Positions 24,150-35,974 of a stretch of DNA of 64,000 nt are shown here, piece by piece. Each line of letters begins with the position of its first letter. Positions within the stretch are counted from its first letter, which is position 1. The DNA comes from Hemiscyllium ocellatum (taxonomy: Eukaryota): assembly GCF_020745735.1 (NCBI RefSeq), contig NC_083435.1, positions 37,721,090 to 37,785,089 of the forward strand, read 5' to 3'. The notes below the pieces were generated by a model. That model searched no databases, had not been told where the DNA came from, and saw only the letters and a list, made by a program, of their open reading frames with translations. Made by a program: the position numbers and the translations under genes.

Positions 24150-25495
24150 GATGGTGCTCAAGTAGTTGACGTGGTGTATATGGATTTCAGTCAGGCATTT
24201 GCTAAGGTTCCCCATGGCAGGCCATTGCACCAAATACTGAGACTTGGGATTGACAGTGATTTAGCAGTTTGGATCAGTAATTGGTGAGCTGAAAGGAGAC
24301 AGAGGGTGGTGACTGATGGGAAATGTTCATCCTGGAGTTCAGTTTCTCGTGGTGTACCACAAGGATCTGTTTTGGGTCCACTACTGTTTGTCATTTTCAT
24401 AAATGACCTGGATGAGGGCGTGGAAGGATGGCTTGGTGAAGTAGCAGATGACACAGGTCAGTCCAGTTGTGGACAGTGCCAAATGATATTGTAGGTCACA
24501 AAGGGACATAGATAAGCTGCAGAATCTGGCTGGACGGTGGCAAGTGGAGTTTAATGTAGAAATGTTTGAGATGATTCCCTTTGGAAGGAGCAACAGGAAT
24601 AAAGAGTACTGGGTTAATGGTAATATTCTTGGTAGTGTAGATGAGCAGAGAGATCTCGGTGTCCATGTATATACATCCCTGAAAGTTGCCACCCAGGTTG
24701 ATAGGGTTGTCAAGAAGGCGAAAGTTGGTGCTGCAGATGCTGGAGATCAGAGTCAGGGTTAGAGTGGTGCTGGAAAAGCACAGCAGGTCAGGCAGCATCC
24801 CAGGTGCAGGAAAATCAGTTTTGGGCAAAAGCCCCTCATCAGGAATGAGGCCACATTCCTGATGAAGGGTTGTTAAGAAAGCATGCAGTGTGTTAGCTTT
24901 TGTTGGGAGAGGGACTGAGTTCCAGGGCCATGAGGTCATGCTGCAGCTGTACAAAACTCTGGTGCGGCTGCAGTTGGAGTATTGTGTACAGTTCTGGTCA
25001 CCGCATTATAGAAAGGATGTGGAAGCTTTGGAAAGGGTTCAGAAGAGATTTACTCGGGTGTTGTCTGGTTTGGAGGGAAGGTCCCATGAGGAAAGGCTGA
25101 GGGACTTGAGGCTGTTTTTGTTAGCGAGTTGAAGGTTGAAAGGTGTCTTAATTGAGACGTATAAGATAATCCAAGGGTCAGATTAGGTGGACAGTGAGAA
25201 CCTTTTTATTTGGATGGTGATGGCTAGCACAAGGGGTCATAGCTTTAAACTGAGGGGTGATAGATATAGAACAGACGTGAGAGATAGCTTCTTTACTCAG
25301 AGAGTTGGAAGAGCGTGGAACGCCCTGCTTGCAACAGTAGTAGACTTGCCAACTTTAAGAGCATTTAAATGGTCAGTGGGTAAACACATGGATGAAAATG
25401 GAATAGTGCAGGTTAGATGGGCTTCATGTCGGTTTCACAGACTGGTGCAATATCGAGGGCCGAAAAACCTGTACTGAGCTGTTATGTTCTAAGCC
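24150..25495 (+). mobile_element. CR1 LINE RT/3' fragment with Penelope-like insert at 24720-24865
   Basis: [20 protein letters not shown] and LEYCVQFWSPHYRKDV; 3' tail. Insert flanked by AGGGTTGT(C/T)AAGAA(G/A)GC at 24703-24719 and 24866-24882. Confidence 0.9.
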
Positions 25496-26004
25496 TTAAC
25501 ATTATTGAACTCGATATTGAGTCCTGAAGGCTGCAGGAAACCCATGTGAGAAACGGGATGCTGTTCTTCCAACTTGCACTGAGTTTCATTTCACCTACTG
25601 TCACTGCCTTGTCTCCTTCTGAGGAAGAGGTACACGGAGTGAAGGGTAAGATTCCTCGACCCCCTTGTTGCTGTGCTGTTGGTCCTAAGTATCAATGGTT
25701 AGAAGGCTGAGGTGCAGCTCTGTGTAATCATCCAGCAGACACTGATGGGTCTGGATCTGGCTGCCCAGGACATGGCAACGACCAAACTACCCCAGACACT
25801 CAGCTACCAAGAGGCAGCATGATGCAAACAATGTTGGCGGAGTCCCACAGTCCTTGAGGAAGATTACCTTCCAACAAGCCTGCCTGCTGCTCCTGTGTCT
25901 GTTCAGGCATTTTTATGAAGCAGTTATTGCCGACACCAGGGAGGTCGTCACTTGCTGGGGGTTTGAGCAGTCGCCTGGTTTCTGACAGTCCTGCAAGTAC
26001 TTTC

Positions 26005-26755
26005 TTTTATTGGTCAGAGTATTGAGGAAAAAGTGAGGTCTGCAGATGCTGGAGATCAGAGCTGAAAATGTGTTGCTGGAAAAGCGCAGCAGGTCAGGCA
26101 GCATCTAAGGAACAGGAAATTCGACGTTTCGGGCATAAGCCCTTCATCAGTATTGAGTACAGGAGTTGGGAGGTCATGTTGCGGCTATACTGGACATTGG
26201 TTAGGTCAATGATGGAATATTGCGTGCAATTCTGGTCTCCTTCCTATCGGAAAGATGTTGGGAAACCTGAAAGGGTTCAGAAAAGATTTACAAGGATGTT
26301 GCCAGGGTTGGAGGATTTGAGCTACAGGGAGAGGCTGAACAGGCTGGGGCGGTTTTCCCTGGCGTGTCGGAGGCTGAGGGGTGACCTTATAGAGGTTTAC
26401 AAAATTATGAGACGCATGGGTAGGATAAATAGGCAAAGTCTTTTCCCTGGGGTGGGGGAGTCCAGAACTAGAGGGCATAGGTTTAGGGTGAGAGGGGAAA
26501 GATATAAAAGAGACCTAAGGGGCAACGTTTTCACACAGAGGGTGGTACGTGTATGGAATGAGCTGCCAGAGGATGCGGTGGAGGCTGGTACAATTGCAAC
26601 ATTTAAGAGGCATTTGGATGGGTATATGAATAGGAAGGGTCTGGAGGGATATGGGCCGGGTGCTGGCAGGTGGGACTAGATTGGGATATCTGGTCGGCAT
26701 GGACGGGTTGGACCGAAGGGTCTGTTTCCGTGCTGTACACCTCTATGACTCTGTG
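26005..26755 (+). mobile_element. CR1 LINE 3' fragment with minus-strand Penelope-like insert at about 26028-26150
   Basis: IEYRSWEVMLRLY...EYCVQFWSPSYRKDV...RFRVRGERYKRDLRG; AGTATTGAG is duplicated around the insert; (CTCTATGA) tail. Confidence 0.9.
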
Positions 26756-26959
26756 ATCAGTGACTTGAGGCATTTTCGCCTTGAGCCGCAGTGGAGAAAT
26801 GACAGTGCAATGTTCACCAGTATGTTCTCCCAACAGGAATCGAATTGGAACACCCACTGAGGTCTCAGTGTCTGAGTTGGTGGAGGGTGCAGGAAGGACA
26901 GCCTTGACTCTGAGGCAGCAGTGACTTCCTCCTCCAAGGTAGACCAGAAGACTTCCTGC

Positions 26960-27770
26960 CTCATGCATTTTGGGAAAGCAAATCAGGGCAGGACTTATAC
27001 ACTTAATGGTAAGGTCCTAGGGAGTGTTGCTGAACAAAGAGACCTTGGAGTGCAGGTTCATAGCTCCTTGAAAGTGGAGTCGCAGGTAGATAGGATAGTG
27101 AAGAAGGCGTTTGGTATGCTTTCTTTCATTGGTCAGAGCATTGAGTACAGGAGTTGGGAGGTCATGTTGCGGCTGTACAGGACATTGGTTAGGCCACTGT
27201 CGGAATATCGCGTGCAATTCTGGTCTCCTTCCTATCGGAAAAATGTTGTGAAACTTGAAAGGGTTCAGAAAAGATTTACAAGGATGTTGCCAGGGTTGGA
27301 GGGTTTGAGCTATAGGCAGAGGTTGAACAGACTGGGATTATTTTCCCTGGCGCATTGGAGGCTGAGGGGTAACCTTAGTGAAAAGGTTAACCTTAATGAA
27401 ATCATGAGAGGCATAGATAATATAAATAGACAAAGTCTTTTCCCTGGGATGGGGGAATCCAGAACTAGAGGGCATAGGTTTAGGGTGAGAAGGGAAAGAT
27501 ATAAAAGAGACCTAAGGGGCAACATTTTCATGCAGAGGGTGGTGCGTGTATGGAATGAGCTGCCAGAGGGAGTGGTGGAGGCTGGTACAATTACAACATT
27601 TAAGAGGCATTTGGATGGGTATATGAATAGGAAGGGTTTGGAGGGATATGGGCCAGTGCTGGCAAATAGGATTATATTAGGTTAGGATATCTGGTGGGCA
27701 TGGACAATTTGGAATGAATGGTCTGTTTCCATGTTGTACATCTCTGTGACTCTCTATAACTCTATGACAG
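26960..27770 (+). mobile_element. CR1 LINE 3' fragment
   Basis: ORF 26921-27685 (MHFGKANQGRTYTLNGK...DLGVQVH...); CTCTATGAC tail. Confidence 0.92.
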
Positions 27771-28388
27771 TGGAGTGCATGCAGATTCCACTGGTATCTC
27801 CAACAGACAAGAGATAAATGCAGTGCAAGAGAGGGGTTGAAGTTGGGATAACTATAATGAGGGTAATGGAAGAGCAGCACTGCAAAATGGGCAATGATTC
27901 ATAATTGATTGGCAGAAAATGAAGATGTTGGCATCACGACAGATATAGTGTGATCTTCACCAGGTAGGAGCTGAGGAGATATACAGTGGGCACACCGACA
28001 TCCGTCTTGCCACTTACTGCCCTACTCTGGGCCATCGAAGGCCCTGGCACAGGTGCAGGCTGGGAAGGGGCAGCAGGGTGTCTTGAGTGAATGAGTGAGC
28101 AGCACAGAGAGACCATGCTGGCTTAGTGGAGGTTGGTGTGAGAGTGTGTGAGAAGATGCTTCCTGCATTAGTATGAGTGGAAGGTGCAGCCTGTACCAAT
28201 AGTGAATGCGAGGTAGCAGACAGAAGCTGGTAGCATGAGTCACATGATATCTCCAATCAGTCCTGGAGGAGAGACAGCCCTGCTCTGCATCACCCTGTCC
28301 ACTAAGGTCTCCAGCTGTCTGTCGGCAATTGGCTGTCAGTCTGTTCGCCATCTTTCAGAAGAAGAAACCTGGCAAGACAGCTCCAGAC

Positions 28389-29177
28389 TGTAATGTGGCT
28401 CTAAGAGATTACTGTGTTCTGGTTTTTTTCAAAGAGTGGTTGTAAGGCAGAGGTACCGGGCAGTCTACAAAACCGCTAGAGTAAACAGCTTGGGCGGCCC
28501 TGGGATTTTCTTTTTAAAGTTGGAATAATTGAAACAGCCTGAATGGGTGGGGCCAACTCTCACGCATTCTCGGTTTTTCTGATGAAGGAGCGTCGCTCCG
28601 AAAGCTAGTGCTTCCAATTAAACCTGTTGGACTATAACCTGGTGTTGTGTGATTTTTAACTTTGTACACCCCAGTCCAACACCAGCATCTCCAAATCATA
28701 GGTTTTTCTAGATTTGTTAACAAGTTTTTTGGGTTTAGCTTTAAGCAGTTGATATTGTCGACTCAAAGAAGCTATCTTTTCCCTCTCTCTCTCTCTCTGT
28801 TACAACTGAAAGCCAGGGATTCTCCCCCCCTGCTGGGTTACCTGGGAGACAAATCTACTTTTCGGACTGTGTCTTTTTGCCAAGGAATGTGTCTATGGGA
28901 CGTTACTATATTGGAACAGTTAATTAGTATTAATCACTGTATCTATTATTCAGTTAAGTTTTCCGATTGAGTCAAGTTATTCTGAATTCTGTTTCCTTTG
29001 CTTGTATTTTAACAGCAGTGTTTTAAGAAATTGTGTTTCACTTAATATTGAGTAGTTTGACAGGTCGCATTGCAGCTTGAACACTGCAAATTATGTTTGC
29101 GTTTAAAATAAGTTAAAATTTAGGATCCAGGATACTTTCTTAAAATATTTTGAGAGGGTCTGGTCTGGTCCATAACA
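28389..29177 (+). mobile_element. Probable solo LTR (TG...CA) containing a Penelope-like family B insert at 28581-28700
   Basis: Starts TGTAATG and ends CATAACA; no TSD found. Insert flanked by GGTTTTTCT at 28572-28580 and 28701-28709. Confidence 0.5.
28579..28617 (+). ncRNA. Hammerhead family B motif lacking the 5' strand of stem I
   Basis: CTGATGA-A-GGAGC/GTC/GCTCC-GAAA-GCTA-GTG; palindromic AGCT helix III, CUA site; upstream CAC is absent. Confidence 0.55.
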
Positions 29178-29317
29178 TAAGTTGACAGCACTTCACCTGC
29201 TGCACAACTGTACTTTAGAGGTGCCACCCACTCCTGGTCGATCCTGACAGTGGAGTTCCTTTCTGCTGCCGAAGAGAGGTTAGGTAGCACCACACAGGCA
29301 ACAAGTCTCACTCATAG

Positions 29318-29606
29318 GTTGGGGAAGTCCAGAACTAGAGGGCATAGGTTCAGGGTGAGAGGGCAAAGATTTATAAAGGGACCAAAGGGGCAACTTTTTC
29401 AAACAGAGGGTGGTGAGTGTATGGAATGAGCTGCCAGAGGATGTTGTGGAAGCTGGTACAATTGCAATATTCAAAAGGCATTTGAAGGGATATATGAATA
29501 GGAAGGGTTTAGAGGGATATGGGGCAAATCCTGGCAAATGGGACTAGATTAGGTTAGGATATCTGGCCAGCATGGATGTGTTTCCATGCTGTACATCTCT
29601 ATGACT
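29318..29606 (+). mobile_element. CR1 LINE 3' end
   Basis: TCCAGAACTAGAGGGCATAGG...GGAATGAGCTGCCAGAGG...CATCTCTATGAC. Confidence 0.88.
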
Positions 29607-30059
29607 CAATGACACTCTCCAAAATTGACCTGGGTCCAGTTGGATATTGTGGTCACTTAAAAACGGAATTCTCCTTGTGTTTATGATGTAGCATGAAATT
29701 TCATTTTAACAGGCATTACAGCAGTGATTAGCTTTCCAAATTTCTAGCATTTGAAAACAAAGGGAAAAATTATGTAAAACACAGAGGTCATAATGCCCAT
29801 TCAAGCCATGCTGACAATTTATGGTGCCAAAGGCACTCTGTTATCAGCGTGTTGTTTTTGAAAACACAAAGGTAAACTAACTGTCAGCTGAAGGTGTGCA
29901 ATGGGACAATAAGGAGCTCAGCTGACACTTATGAGTATTGTCATATAGCCATTGGCCAAAAAGGTTAGGACAATTGACTGACCCAATCTAAGGTAGCTGC
30001 CCCTAGCAATAGGGCACAACAATAAGTGCCAGGGGCAGGAGAAATTCCTTAAGGGGCAG

Positions 30060-30736
30060 TTCTCATCGGATGGTCCCCACAGCAGTCTCCATGGAGCATC
30101 CTCACCAGTCTGGTGGAAGACAGACCAGAAGGAGAGGAGGAAAACTGAGGAAAGATTTCCCTAACATTCTGACTCAAGAGTACCATGTTACCTTCACAGC
30201 CTCCTGCTGGATTCTGCCTTTGCAAAGAAAGGTCCAGTGGTTTCTGTCAAGGTGTATCCCTAGCAGCTCTGTGACACAGGGCTGATCTGCAGGATGCACA
30301 CCTAAACAAACATGGACTGTGCCTGAAGGACCAACTCAGAGAAAGATGCTCTTTGGCCTGCCCGAAATTGGTTGGTCTTCCAGAACAAGGCGTTGACCCG
30401 AGTGTTGCAGACTGGCACATTCCAAGGTCCACGACTACGTGTTAAAGGACGCACTACAGTTTGGGTAACAGCTGCCAAAGCACAATGGGGAAAGACTACC
30501 GTCTGAGGTGAAGGTAAATGGGGGTCTGTTCAGTTACTGGACCCTCCTGGTGCCTCACTTATATGTAAATACAGTCTTGTACAAATATGAAGTGGGTTGG
30601 GTTCGTTTGTTGGATAGAGTCAAACTCCAATATTTGTTTGTTCCTTCATATACTACTGCACAGAACTGAACTGCTTCACTGACTGTATGTATATAAAGAC
30701 ATTTTTATAAATAAAGTATATTTTTGAAATAAAAAA
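30060..30736 (+). mobile_element. Tx1-clade LINE 3' end
   Basis: KDALWPARNWLVFQNK...ECCRLAHSKVHDYVLKDAL; AATAAA and A-tail; homologous to 10552-11110. Confidence 0.75.
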
Positions 30737-30964
30737 GCACTGAAACCTTCCATAATGACCTGTTTGTCCTCTGGTATCAGTGAACCATCCCCAATTGTCA
30801 CAATGATATACTTTATTTGTCTAATTAACTAATGTATTATGTCTAAGCTTTACTTCTTTACAAACTCTTAAAATTAGTAAACTATGAAAAATTGTAATAA
30901 ATGGTTGACTGAAAATGTGTTGCTGGAAAAGCGCAGCAGGTCAGGCAGCATCCAAGGAGCAGGA

Positions 30965-31001
30965 GATTCGACGTTTCGGGCCAAAGCCCTTCATCAGGAA
31001 T
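30965..31001 (-). ncRNA. Minimal type I hammerhead ribozyme (family A), antisense partner
   Basis: Minus strand ATTC-CTGATGA-A-GGGC/TTTG/GCCC-GAAA-CGTC-GAAT. Confidence 0.75.
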
Positions 31002-31039
31002 GATTCCTGAAGAAGGGCTTATGCCCGAAACGTCGAATC
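31002..31039 (+). ncRNA. Minimal type I hammerhead ribozyme (family A), predicted cleavage after C31034
   Basis: GATTC-CTGAAGA-A-GGGC/TTAT/GCCC-GAAA-CGTC-GAATC. Confidence 0.8.
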
Positions 31040-31662
31040 TCCTGCTCCTTGGATGCTGCCTGACCTGCTGCGCTTTTCCAGCAACACATTTTTCAGCTCT
31101 GATCTCCAGCATCTGCAGTCCTCACTTTCTCCATAAATGGTTGACTGTCTATATTAGGTAACTGTGATCACTGAACCCCGAAAGCCAACAAGTATATACT
31201 GTATTACCAGTAAACACCAGCCCTGGGATATTATGGTGACTTGCTGGTCAGATGTGAGGTAAGTTAGGGGACTAGCTCCAACGGTCCCATTCTGAGGCAT
31301 GGATTGCAGCCTCTTGCTATTGTCTCTGACATCTCCCCACTTCCCAGCCCCTGCAAAGCCCCAGTCCGGCGGGAAGTGAAACAAAACACTTAAAGGCTGG
31401 ATCTCTTCTGGACCGGAGTCATTGAGCTGTCCCCTGGTACCCGGAAGCTGCTGCTTTCTGACTGACTGGCAGTTTCTGGGAACCCGATCCTCCATTGCTG
31501 AGGCCAGTGAGAGGCCTGGTCCAGGAGGAGCGTCACTAGACTCTGTTATTTCTGCTCACAGAAGTTCCCGGACCTGCTGGGTAGCTCCAGCTATTTCTGT
31601 TTCTGGGCAGATTGTTGTCTGTGCCTAAGAGGTTGACAGACATAAGATAGAGGGATAGACTG

Positions 31663-31760
31663 CTAGTGTGCTTCCAATTAAACCTGTTGGACTATAACCT
31701 GGAGTTGTGTGATTTTTAACTTTGTACACCCCAGTCCAACACCGGTATCTCCACATCGTG
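31663..31760 (+). mobile_element. Penelope-like family B terminal tail
   Basis: GTGCTTCCAATTAAACCTGTTGGACTATAACCTGG...CCAGTCCAACACCGGTATCTCC, the same as 28610-28700. Confidence 0.7.
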
Positions 31761-31883
31761 ATAGACTGAGACATCTCAGCAATGCGGTACTGTCTTAGTG
31801 ACTGACTCCAGCCCCCCACATCAGGCAAAATGTGAAAGCTGCGCCGGGGCTTCTGCCTCACTGCTGACTGAGCCCGAGTTTGC

Positions 31884-31985
31884 CCTCTTGGTAACTCATG
31901 ACGGACGACTACATGTCATTTTCATTGGATATCCTTTTACGAACAAACCCTCCTGCTCTCCCCTGGTGCTGGAGTTTCTCGTTCA
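31884..31985 (+). promoter_or_regulatory. Candidate MHC X1/X2-Y (SXY) module plus ISRE-like site of paralog B
   Basis: GGTAACTCATGACGG (RFX half-site GGTAAC plus CRE-like TGACG at 31899-31903), ATTGG at 31924-31928 (20-nt spacer) and AGTTTCTCGTTC at 31973-31984. Confidence 0.55.
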
Positions 31986-32099
31986 GGAAATGAGGTATTT
32001 TCAAATTCAGCGTAAAATAGAGTGCTGATAACCTTGTTTCCGCTATTCCCCTCTGTCCTCCCCGGACTGTTTCACTCCCAATCCCTGTGGATTCCCAGA

Positions 32100-32151
32100 A
32101 TGTTGCTGATCCTTCTCTCCATCTCCCTGTGTTTTTCCAGGGTCTCTCCCG
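32100..32151 (+). CDS. Nonclassical MHC class I heavy chain, paralog B: exon 1 (leader)
   Basis: MLLILLSISLCFSRVSP-G then GTAAGT; hydrophobic signal peptide, phase 1. Confidence 0.9.
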
Positions 32152-32468
32152 GTAAGTACAGAATTCAGCTTCCCATTCTTATTTCTCTCTCTCTCATTTC
32201 TCCAGCCCTGGGTGTGGACTGGAAATTCACTGTGATTTTACTGGTGGTAGAAATGTAGGAAACGTGTCGCAATACAGGAGATGAATTGGTATTTGCAATT
32301 GTATCTGCAGTGTGTGTGTGTGTGTCTGCACCTTTCTGTGTAGTACTGTATATCCCGCCGTCTCTCTGTGTCTGTCTCTCTGGGCCCAGTGTGGTTATAG
32401 GGCTGGGCTTTACTTGTTCAGTTGGTGGTGTTGTAAATGACTTGTCTCTTTAATCGTTTGTTTTACAG

Positions 32469-32729
32469 AGAGCAATACCATTACTACCGCATTTATGGCA
32501 ACCTCTGGCGTTGCTGAACTACCTGAGTATTTTGGTGTCTCAATGATCAATGGAGTTCCAGTGACCTATTATGACAGTGACATCAGGCGGACAGTCCCCC
32601 GGCAGCAGTGGATGATGGATTCTTTTGATGAGGAATACTGGGAATACCTCACAAATCAAGGGAATACACTTTCGACCATGGCTAAGAAAAATCTGAACAC
32701 AATAATGAAGGGGACAAACCAAACATCAG
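32469..32729 (+). CDS. Paralog B: exon 2 (alpha1)
   Basis: Acceptor TTTTACAG and donor GTAAG; 261 nt; ESNTITTAFMATSG..LPEYFGVSMINGVPVTYYDSD...EYW...GTNQTS. Confidence 0.95.
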
Positions 32730-32934
32730 GTAAGATTATCCACTCAGGTTCCCCCAGAGCTGTCCTGTTTAATAGGTACCAGAGAGCTCCCAGTTATACA
32801 ACAGAATGGAATATGAGAATGTACCATATGTGGGTCACCCTGGCCACATTTGTTACCCATATTAAAAATAGATGTCTTGACATCCAGTATGTTCAATGAG
32901 CTCATTATAGAATCATAGAATGTTTGCAACACAG

Positions 32935-33497
32935 AAATAAGTCATGTTGAGTTTGTACGGGACATTGGTGAGGCCTCCTCTGGAGCAGTGTATCCCATTC
33001 TGGTCGCCCTGTTAGAGGAAGGACATTATCAAGCTGGAGAGAGTTCAGAAGAGATTTTACCAGGATGCTGCTGGGTATGGAAGTTTTGATTTATAGACAA
33101 AGGCTGGGACTTTTATTTTGATTGGCGCTTAGGAGGTTGAGAGGCGACTTTCTAGAGGTTTACAAAGTCACGAGGGGTACAGATAATGTTAATGGGAGGT
33201 GTCTTTTCACTAGGATAGAGTATTCCCAGAGTAGGGGGCATATTTTTAAGGTGAGAGGAGAGAGATTTAAAAAAGACAAGAGGGACAATTTGTTCACATG
33301 GAGGAACGAACTACCTGAGGAAGTGGGTACAATTACAATGTCTCAAAGACACTTGGATAAGTACATGAATAGGAATGGTTTAAAGGGATATGAGTCAGGA
33401 GCAGGCAGGTGAGAGTAGTTTTTTATGGGATCATATTCTGGCATGGACTGGTTGAACTGAAAGGTTTGTTTCCGTGCTGTAAGACACTATGACTATG
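32935..33497 (+). mobile_element. CR1 LINE 3' fragment
   Basis: LRRLRGDFLEVYK...RGHIFKVRGERFK; tail GTTTCCGTGCTGTAAGACACTATGAC. Confidence 0.85.
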
Positions 33498-33799
33498 GTT
33501 CAGGCCTTGGAATCTAATCTGGCTCTGTATATAAGTAACTGTGCTCATTCCCACTCCTTCAACCTTCCCTCCACATTGTCATGCTCCCCTTTTCTCAATG
33601 TATAAGCAGCTGGCTGCCTCTTGAATGCCTCTATTAAATCCCGTCTCCACTCTCAGGAAGCACTTTCGACACTAGGAGAACACACCATTTTTAAAAGGAA
33701 AGCCTTGTATTTATATAGGGATTCTCGCAACCACTAAATATCTAAAAGCACATTGAGGACATATAAGTGCTTCTGAATTGTAGGACTATTGCAATGCCA

Positions 33800-34117
33800 G
33801 AAATGTGGCAGTCAGCGTGTGCACAATTAACTTCCCCAGACAGAAGTGTGACCATCTCAGATCACCGGTTTTTGTCATGTTAGGTAAGGGATACATTTTG
33901 GCTGGATACTGGGGCAAATAGCCCCATTTTACTTCAAAATAGAGCTTTTATACCCACACAGGCTGGTGGGGTGTTGGTTTCACATTTTATTAAAGGGATG
34001 ACACCTTCAGACAGCAGCGTTCTCCTGGGAGGATCAGTCCTGAGTTGAGGCCTACAGTACAGCTTGAAACCAAATCCTTGTGACTAAGATGCAAGATTGT
34101 TACCAACTGAGCCATGA
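33800..34117 (-). mobile_element. Degraded tRNA-headed SINE, probably DeuSINE-type
   Basis: Reverse complement starts TGGCTCAGTTGGTAAC...GGTTTCAAG, then GCTGCTGTCTGAAGGTGTCATCCCTTT, resembling the Deu-domain start. Confidence 0.5.
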
Positions 34118-34959
34118 CGGGCACAGTTTTCGCTCATGTTGCCAGCGGTTCCTTTGCCAGTCCCAGAAACTGGGTGACCCCTTTCACCTTTCCATAAATG
34201 GGAACAGTTTCTCCCTGTGCAATCTACCAATTCTATCCAGAAGAAGTCAAACAACTCACAGGAAAATCCAGCCTCACTTTTCCCAAAGGCATTATAAGTG
34301 TGAAAATTTGAGTAAACTACAAATTGCCGAATTCCAACCAACCCTGTAACTCAGGTCATGCACACCAGGCTTTTCAATTAATGAGGAAGTAACTATTAGT
34401 TACGGTCAAACCGATTTTAACCAATAACAAGAAAGAAACATCAATTGCTAACTTAGAATTCTATAAGTTAAACTCTATCCCCTTTTAAAATTCCCAGACA
34501 CATACAGACGCACAAAAAAAAACCAATATTATAGGACGGGAAGATAAAAAACTGCTAGAGGAGCACAATTCCGGCATTAATCTGGAGCCTAAATAATAGT
34601 GATTGTTTTCCCTTGACTCCTTCCAGTTCTGTGCTAATGACATGAGGTTGTGGAGATATTGGTTCTCAGGCCTTTATTCACTGGTTCAGAATCTTGTGCC
34701 TCTAAAGGTTTTATTTTTTCTTTTTCCTTTTCATTCTCCACAAGAGAATTTTCAGGGAGAACAGTTTGCAGGGAAATTATGAGTGAGGATATGAGAGACA
34801 GAGAGAGATTAAGGTGTTTTCCGCTCGCGAGCTACAAGCTTCTGTATTGTCCGTGTACAAGGCCAGAGCCTATCAAGGAACTAGTCAAGAAGCTGTGGCG
34901 ATGTTGAGCTCTCCTGAACCCACACAACTGGGTGTGTCTGAGCAGAATTGTCCTGACCA

Positions 34960-35350
34960 CACACACACACACATCACACCACAAACGCCACATCACACAC
35001 ACCATACATACACACCCCCACACATACACAGACCACATCATACCCACCACACTACACACACACACACGCACATCACATGCATCATACCACACCCACAACA
35101 TACACTACACACACCACAACATATCCACTACACCACACACNNNNNNNNNNNNNNNNNNNNNNNNNNNNNNNNNNNNNNNNNNNNNNNNNNNNNNNNNNNN
35201 NNNNNNNNNNNNNNNNNNNNNNNNNNNNNNNNNNNNNNNNNNNNNNNNNNNNNNNNNNNNNNNNNNNNNNNNNNNNNNNNNNNNNNNNNNNNNNACCATA
35301 CACATCACACCACACACTACACCCACACACACCCCATACACACCACACAG
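34960..35350. repeat. CA-rich low-complexity repeat spanning an assembly gap
   Basis: (CA)n/(CAC)n-like sequence on both sides of the N run. Confidence 0.9.
35141..35294. other. Assembly gap (154 N) inside intron 2 of paralog B
   Basis: Run of N. Confidence 1.
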
Positions 35351-35974
35351 TGATGATGTGTTTAACATTCTCCCAAATTGCTTGAATAAGGAAACATTAC
35401 ACATAAAAACCACAATGTGTTCCAGTAACGTGTTACCCATACCTCCGTACACAGCTTCCTATTTTAAAGCAGTTTCGTTCCCCTTCTAGTTCACAATTGA
35501 AAAAATAAAAGTGATCTTTATAACCTTGATGAAACCCCCACTTAAACTTCTCTTCTCTCATCCTTTCTCTTACCCAAGGAGAATAACCCCTGCTTCTCCA
35601 ACCTGTATGACAGAAGGAACCATTTTGTACAGTTTTCGTAAGGCCTCTCTTAAACCCTTAATAACTTCCCTAAAGTGTGGGACTAGAATTGTATAGAGAG
35701 CTCCAGTTGAGACTGAACCATATTTCCTTTGTAAAGGCTCATGATCACCTTTCTTGCTGTTGTACACTTTGCCTTTATATATAACCCTGTGATTTTATCT
35801 GTCTGTTTACACTGTTTCAACCTGCCCTGCTACCTTTGACAACTTATGGTTATAGCACAGTGGGTGACTCTATTCTTGCATCCCTTTAGAATTGTAGCCT
35901 TTGCTTTATACTGCCTGTCCTTTATCCATCCTGAACTCAGTACTACAGTCTGTGCTCCTCCTTGTTGAATGTCA

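Larger units (their letters stand above)
30912..31132. mobile_element. Penelope-like insertion forming a near-perfect palindrome with two back-to-back hammerheads
   Basis: About 93-bp inverted arms around a 1-nt centre (AGGAAT-G-ATTCCT). Perfect 15-bp TSD ATAAATGGTTGACTG at 30897-30911 and 31133-31147. Confidence 0.88.
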
